From Alphaproteobacteria bacterium (GTDB lineage: Bacteria > Pseudomonadota > Alphaproteobacteria > UBA828): 64,000 bases of DNA. Shown here in pieces: positions 59,761 through 64,000 of the stretch; positions within the stretch are counted from its first letter, which is position 1, and every line of letters begins with the position of its first letter. The position numbers and the translations under genes were made by a program. Below the pieces are notes generated by a model, which was not told the DNA's origin, searched no databases, and saw only the letters and a program-made list of their open reading frames with translations. The stretch is from assembly GCA_965214705.1 (NCBI GenBank), contig CBDCCI010000002.1:2560001-2624000 (forward strand), given 5' to 3'.

Positions 59761-61852
59761 CCGAACTTCCGTTAGCATCTGATTGCCGATCTGGCCGGAT
59801 TTTGCCTGTTTCCGCCCTTTCTGCGCAGTTTAGCGCCCGGTTTGGCGCGAAATTCCCGAAATGATCGCCGAAACCGCCGCGATTCGGCGCTCCAGCGCTG
59901 GATCACGCCGTCCCGGCGCATCCACCAAAACCTGAATACTAGTCAGTAGATAGTTTTCTCGTTACGATAATTGCTCCGCATTCCCAAGCCTTTCCGATAT
60001 GATTGCCGCGATTCGCTAGGCAGATCGATATGCACATCGAAACCACCCGGTCCGGAAACTCCCGCTGCCACCTCCTCAGACAGTCCTACTGGCAGGACGG
60101 AAAACCCAAGAAGCGCACCCTGTGCAACCTCTCCGCCCTCCCGGAACACGCCATCGAAGCCCTCAAACGCGCCCTCAAGCGCGGACCCGCCCTCAATCCC
60201 GACAGCGCCGACGTCGAACTGCGCGCCAGCCGGGCGCACGGCGCCGTCAGCGCCGTTCTCGGCACCCTTCGCGACATCGGCCTCGACCGCGTCATCTTCC
60301 ACCGGCCCGATCGCCGCAGGGCCCTCGTCATCGCCATGATCGTCGCCCGCCTGATCCGGCCCGGCGCCAAGCTGCGCGTCGAGCGCGAACTGGGAGCGGC
60401 CGGCACAACCACCCTCGCCGCCCTGCTCGGCGTCGAAGGCGTCAGCGTCGACGAACTCTACGCCGCCATGGACTGGCTGGGCGCGCGACAGGGCGCGATC
60501 GAGCGCAAGCTCGCCCGGCGCCATCTCGGAGAGGACGATCTCGTCCTCTACGACGTGTCCTCGAGCTACATGGAGGGCAACGCCTGCCCCATGGCGAAGC
60601 GCGGCTATTCGAGGGATCGCCGGGGCGACCGCCCGCAGATCGTCTACGGCCTCCTCTGCACCCGCGATGGCTGTCCGGTCTCGATCGAGGCCTTCGCCGG
60701 CAACACCGGCGACCCGATGACTCTGGCCAGCCAGGTGCGCAAGGTCCGCGACAGCTTCGGCATCCGGCGGGTGGTGTTGGTGGGGGACCGCGGCATGATC
60801 GCGCAGACCCGCATCGACCGCGACCTCGCGCCCAACGGCATCGACTGGATCACGGCGCTGCGCGCATCCTCGATCCGCAAGCTCGTCGACCGGGGGCATG
60901 TCACGCCCGGCCTGTTCGACACCTGGGGCCTCGCGCGGGTGACCACGCCGGACTATCCCGGCGAGAGGCTGATCGTCTGCTACAACCCGGTTCTGGCGGC
61001 CGAGCGCAAGCGCAACCGCGACGGGCTGCTCAATGCGACCGAGACGGACGCGCGCGATTTCGCCGCGCGCCACGCCGCCGGCGACATCGACCGCGACGAG
61101 TTGAACCGTCGGCTGGGAACCTTGCGCCGCCGCAAGATGGCCAAGCACTTCCGCTTCGAATTCGACGAGGGCAGCGGCACCTTCAGTTGCGAACGCGACC
61201 GGGCGTCGATCGACGCCGAGGCCGCCCTCGACGGTCTCTACGTCATACGCACCAACGTGGACGAGGACGAGATCGAGGACGTCGAGGCGGTCCGCGTCTA
61301 CAAGAGCCTGTCACGCGTCGAGCGCGCCTTCCGCTCGCTCAAGACGGTGTCGTTGCGGATCCGCCCGATCTTCCACTGGCGCGACGACCGAGTACGGGCG
61401 CATCTTCTGATCTGCATGCTGGCTTGGTATGTCGAGTGGCACATGCGCCGCAGGCTGGCGCCGCTGCTGTTCGCCGAGGAGGACGGAGCGCCGCTGTCCG
61501 CGAACCCGGTGGCGCCGCCGGAACGCTCGGAAAAGGCCCGGCGCAAGGACAAGCGCCGAAAGACGGATGATGGACTTGCGGTGTGCGACTTCCGCGATCT
61601 CCTCGGCCATCTCGGCACGCTTGCTGCCACTGAGATCGCCACCGGAACCGACTTCGCCGTGCCCGCCCTGACCAAGCCGACCGAACTGCAGGAAAGGGCG
61701 TTCGCATTGCTCGGGCTGCGGCCCCATCCTGCGCCCGCGCTCACCGAAAAGGGGATGACCACCGCCAAACCTGTCCAGTAATCGTCGCTTCGAAACTCGC
61801 CGAAACCCCTGCCGCACAACGGTTCTTTGACTATCCCACACTGGAAGTTCGG
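59761..61852 (+). mobile_element. IS1634 family element
   Basis: TIRs CCGAACTTCC/GGAAGTTCGG; 6-bp duplication TTTAAG (59755-59760 / 61853-61858). Confidence 0.88.
60030..61781 (+). CDS. IS1634 family transposase
   Basis: LYDVSSSY.EG, GYSRD, F.GN..D, VGDRGM, DGLYVIRT, VERAFR.LK. Confidence 0.92.
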   Translation: MHIETTRSGNSRCHLLRQSYWQDGKPKKRTLCNLSALPEHAIEALKRALKRGPALNPDSADVELRASRAHGAVSAVLGTLRDIGLDRVIFHRPDRRRALVIAMIVARLIRPGAKLRVERELGAAGTTTLAALLGVEGVSVDELYAAMDWLGARQGAIERKLARRHLGEDDLVLYDVSSSYMEGNACPMAKRGYSRDRRGDRPQIVYGLLCTRDGCPVSIEAFAGNTGDPMTLASQVRKVRDSFGIRRVVLVGDRGMIAQTRIDRDLAPNGIDWITALRASSIRKLVDRGHVTPGLFDTWGLARVTTPDYPGERLIVCYNPVLAAERKRNRDGLLNATETDARDFAARHAAGDIDRDELNRRLGTLRRRKMAKHFRFEFDEGSGTFSCERDRASIDAEAALDGLYVIRTNVDEDEIEDVEAVRVYKSLSRVERAFRSLKTVSLRIRPIFHWRDDRVRAHLLICMLAWYVEWHMRRRLAPLLFAEEDGAPLSANPVAPPERSEKARRKDKRRKTDDGLAVCDFRDLLGHLGTLAATEIATGTDFAVPALTKPTELQERAFALLGLRPHPAPALTEKGMTTAKPVQ

Positions 61853-61892
61853 TTTAAGTGAACCTTCGGGTCGAGAACGGGAACGCCTCGGG

Positions 61893-62015
61893 TCATTGCG
61901 CAGCCCTCCATTCGGCCATCGTCTTGTTGCCCTTGCTCTGGTTGAAGCCCGAGCACAGCAGTTGAAAGTTGTCGCCCGTCCAAACCGTGCAGCTGTCGAA
62001 GTGGGCCGCGCTCAT
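61893..62015 (-). pseudogene. 40-aa remnant resembling a DNA methyltransferase N-terminus fused to an HNH C-terminus
   Basis: MSAAHFDSCTVWTGDN|FQLLCSGFNQSKGNKTMAEWRAAQ*. Confidence 0.5.
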
Positions 62016-62147
62016 GTCTGCGCATCATCCATTAATTCTTGCGCTATTGTCGGGATGTGGTTTTCACGCAGACAACGTTCCTAAAATAGGGAGTCCTCTG
62101 TTTTTTTGTTCATGACGAACCGCCTGCACCGACAATCATTGATAGAG

Positions 62148-63649
62148 GAGCCACTTGCAAAACTCCCAGGCGCGGTCTGCTTTTCCCGAGAGCCCGGCGT
62201 GAGGACATTGACGGTCGGAACGTAACATGAACTTCGGGACGAGCGGACGTCGCTGGCTGCCGCCGGGGCGCCGATTCGCCGCAAACCGATGCCCATGCGG
62301 GCGCATTTTGGACCCGCCGTCGCGATGCGGACATGGCTTTTTGCGCCTCCGCGGAGGGAGGCGTGCCGGCGTGACAGCGACGGAGGCGCCGCTCAGGCCA
62401 GGAGGCGCATCAGCTGGTCGACCGTCAGCACCAGGATGCCGAACATCAGGTGGCAATGAACCTTGGCATGGCCGCGCACGCGGACATGGCGGCCCCCGCA
62501 GTTGTCCTTCAGCCCACCGTTGATGCGCTCGATGTTCGAGCGCTCGTTGTAGCGCTCGTCCGCCGGGTGGCGGTGACCGACGCCTCTCTGCGCCCTGGCC
62601 TCGCGCGCCAGCTCCTCCTTGTACTCCTTGTCGCGAGGGTTGACGTCGATGATCGGGACGTGGCCCAGCAGGTAGCTGTGCCAGCCGATCTCGGGCGCGT
62701 CATAGGCTGAGTCCATGAGGTCGTACAGATTGGTGACGCGGTCGGCGGTCATACTCGCCAGCGGGATCGCGGCCTGGCTGTCGTGCAGCGAGGCGGACGT
62801 CAGGATGCAACTGATCGGAATGCCGCCATCGGCGGCGTCGATGTGCAGCTTGTAACCGATCCACGATGTGGTATGGCCCCTGGCGTTGCGCTTGGTGCCG
62901 ACGTCGCAGGCTTTCGGCAGGTCGTCGAGCATCTGGGGCAAGCTCATCGTGAGCTGGCGTTTCACGCGGCGCTCCTCCTTGGGCCGCTCCTCGCCCTTGC
63001 GCGGGCGGCCGCGCTTGCGCTTCGGCTTCTCCGCCTTGGGCTTGGGCTGAGGCTTCTCGCGCGCCTCGATCGCCGTCGAGTCGCGCGAGACGTGCCCGAC
63101 CAGATGGTCTCCGAGGGTCTGCTTGATCAGCGCCTCATGCACGCGAGCGGGCAACGCACTCTCGGAGAACTCCGCAAACGCCCGCGAAAACGTCGCCTCG
63201 CTCGGGATCTCTGCGGCATAGGTCCAGCCGCAGAGACGGCGTAGCGTCTTGTCGTTCTCAAGGCGCTCGATCAGGGCGCGCGTCGTGGGTACGTCGAACA
63301 CCGCCTTGGCGATGAAGGCGCGGGCCAAGGCCGCCCGATCCTCGACCGGCCGACCGGGCAGGCCATGGAAATGGGGAAGGAAGCTCTCGACCCGCGCAAG
63401 CTCAAGCACGGTGACGAAGCGCCGGTACCTCTCGCCGAGCGGCCCGAGCTCCTCCTCAAGCCACGGGAAAAGATCCGCTTGAATGTGATGCCAGAATCCG
63501 GATAGTGTCTGTCCCAGCGACATGGGGCCGCCCTCTCCGTCGACGTTGTCCGAAACCCGACAGGAACAGAGAGCGGTCCCGATTTCCAGGACAATCTGAC
63601 CGCCACGGCGGCAAAATCCCGCTCAAATGCGGAATTTTGCAAGTGGCTC
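62148..63649 (-). mobile_element. IS1182/IS5-like element
   Basis: TIRs GAGCCACTTGCAAAA(C/T)TCC (18/19); 4-bp duplication AGAG (62144-62147 / 63650-63653). Confidence 0.9.
62393..63523 (-). CDS. DDE transposase (IS1182/IS5-like)
   Basis: GRP, PSEATFSR, DSTAI, GYKLH, HDS, MDSAYD, R..IER.N..LKD. Confidence 0.88.
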   Translation of the reverse strand: MSLGQTLSGFWHHIQADLFPWLEEELGPLGERYRRFVTVLELARVESFLPHFHGLPGRPVEDRAALARAFIAKAVFDVPTTRALIERLENDKTLRRLCGWTYAAEIPSEATFSRAFAEFSESALPARVHEALIKQTLGDHLVGHVSRDSTAIEAREKPQPKPKAEKPKRKRGRPRKGEERPKEERRVKRQLTMSLPQMLDDLPKACDVGTKRNARGHTTSWIGYKLHIDAADGGIPISCILTSASLHDSQAAIPLASMTADRVTNLYDLMDSAYDAPEIGWHSYLLGHVPIIDVNPRDKEYKEELAREARAQRGVGHRHPADERYNERSNIERINGGLKDNCGGRHVRVRGHAKVHCHLMFGILVLTVDQLMRLLA

Positions 63650-64000
63650 AGAGTTCACCTGTTGTTTCTATGCCTTCTAGCTTGCACCGTTTCATCCAAT
63701 AGGCCACAAACACTCGTTCTTCCATGTAGCGATGCGGCTGCGCCATGAACGAATGATAGAGGTGATCTATCTTTCTCCTGCCCAGTGTCGGGGGCGCTCG
63801 CACAATAAGCCGCGAAACGGCATCCCCTTGCCCAGGGTTCTTCTCTACCGCTCGAAAATCGTCTCGCGGAGTGCGGTAGCTTTCCCCAGGAACACGCCTA
63901 GCACCGGACGGCTCCATCGCTCGACAGCGCGGCCAACGATTCGTTCCAGGAACCACCATCCCACGACTTCCATCCGCCCATCATGTGGATTTCCGGCGCG

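Larger units (their letters stand above)
59595..61896 (-). pseudogene. Small ORF convergent with IS1595 transposase, split by IS1634
   Basis: Removing IS1634 gives MTRGVPVLDPKVHLKGATPEKLARALFRR...DDSI*. Confidence 0.55.

Noticed and set aside
63648-63959. ORF as a gene interrupted by the last IS
   Set aside because: Rejoining across the IS adds only two codons before a stop and no family motif is recognisable
1-64000. Many long overlapping or antisense ORFs in the track (e.g. 15751-17670, 33347-35260, 50943-53426)
   Set aside because: Shadow frames of motif-supported genes in high-GC DNA; Arg/Gly/Pro-rich and without family motifs
1-64000. CRISPR array, cas genes, rRNA, prophage structural genes
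   Set aside because: No repeat-spacer array or recognisable genes seen by eye

Overview
High-GC bacterial chromosome segment, most consistent with an alphaproteobacterium (cnoX-LON-trm112-DUF971 block, alphaproteobacterial REP element). It is mostly catabolic and transport genes: a hydantoinase B/amidase/deacetylase/COG0523 cluster with a Pot-like ABC importer, sugar- and peptide-type ABC systems, two molybdenum hydroxylase loci, several oxidoreductases, a PLP histidine-type decarboxylase, tRNA-Gly(CCC) and a SAM-I-like riboswitch. Insertion sequences are abundant and nested, and most boundaries can be read directly: an IS91-like transposase + tyrosine recombinase element inside IS66 tnpA; an ISAs1 element with a DUF4338 (DruA-like) fusion and a -1 slippery site; IS5 inside IS4 inside a ycaQ-like gene; IS1634 inside a small ORF next to an IS1595 transposase; an IS1182/IS5-like element; and a 266-bp MITE between dppD and dppF. 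Best candidates for undescribed biology: (i) the SAM riboswitch followed by a Met/Cys-rich leader peptide ahead of osmC-flavoprotein genes; (ii) a duplicated small CxxC protein coupled to a COG0523 metallochaperone and a CE4 hydrolase; (iii) the HUH-transposase/recombinase element; (iv) the DruA-like ISAs1 fusion; (v) the MITE that re-supplies both stop and start codons. All family assignments come from motif recognition by eye; no searches were run.
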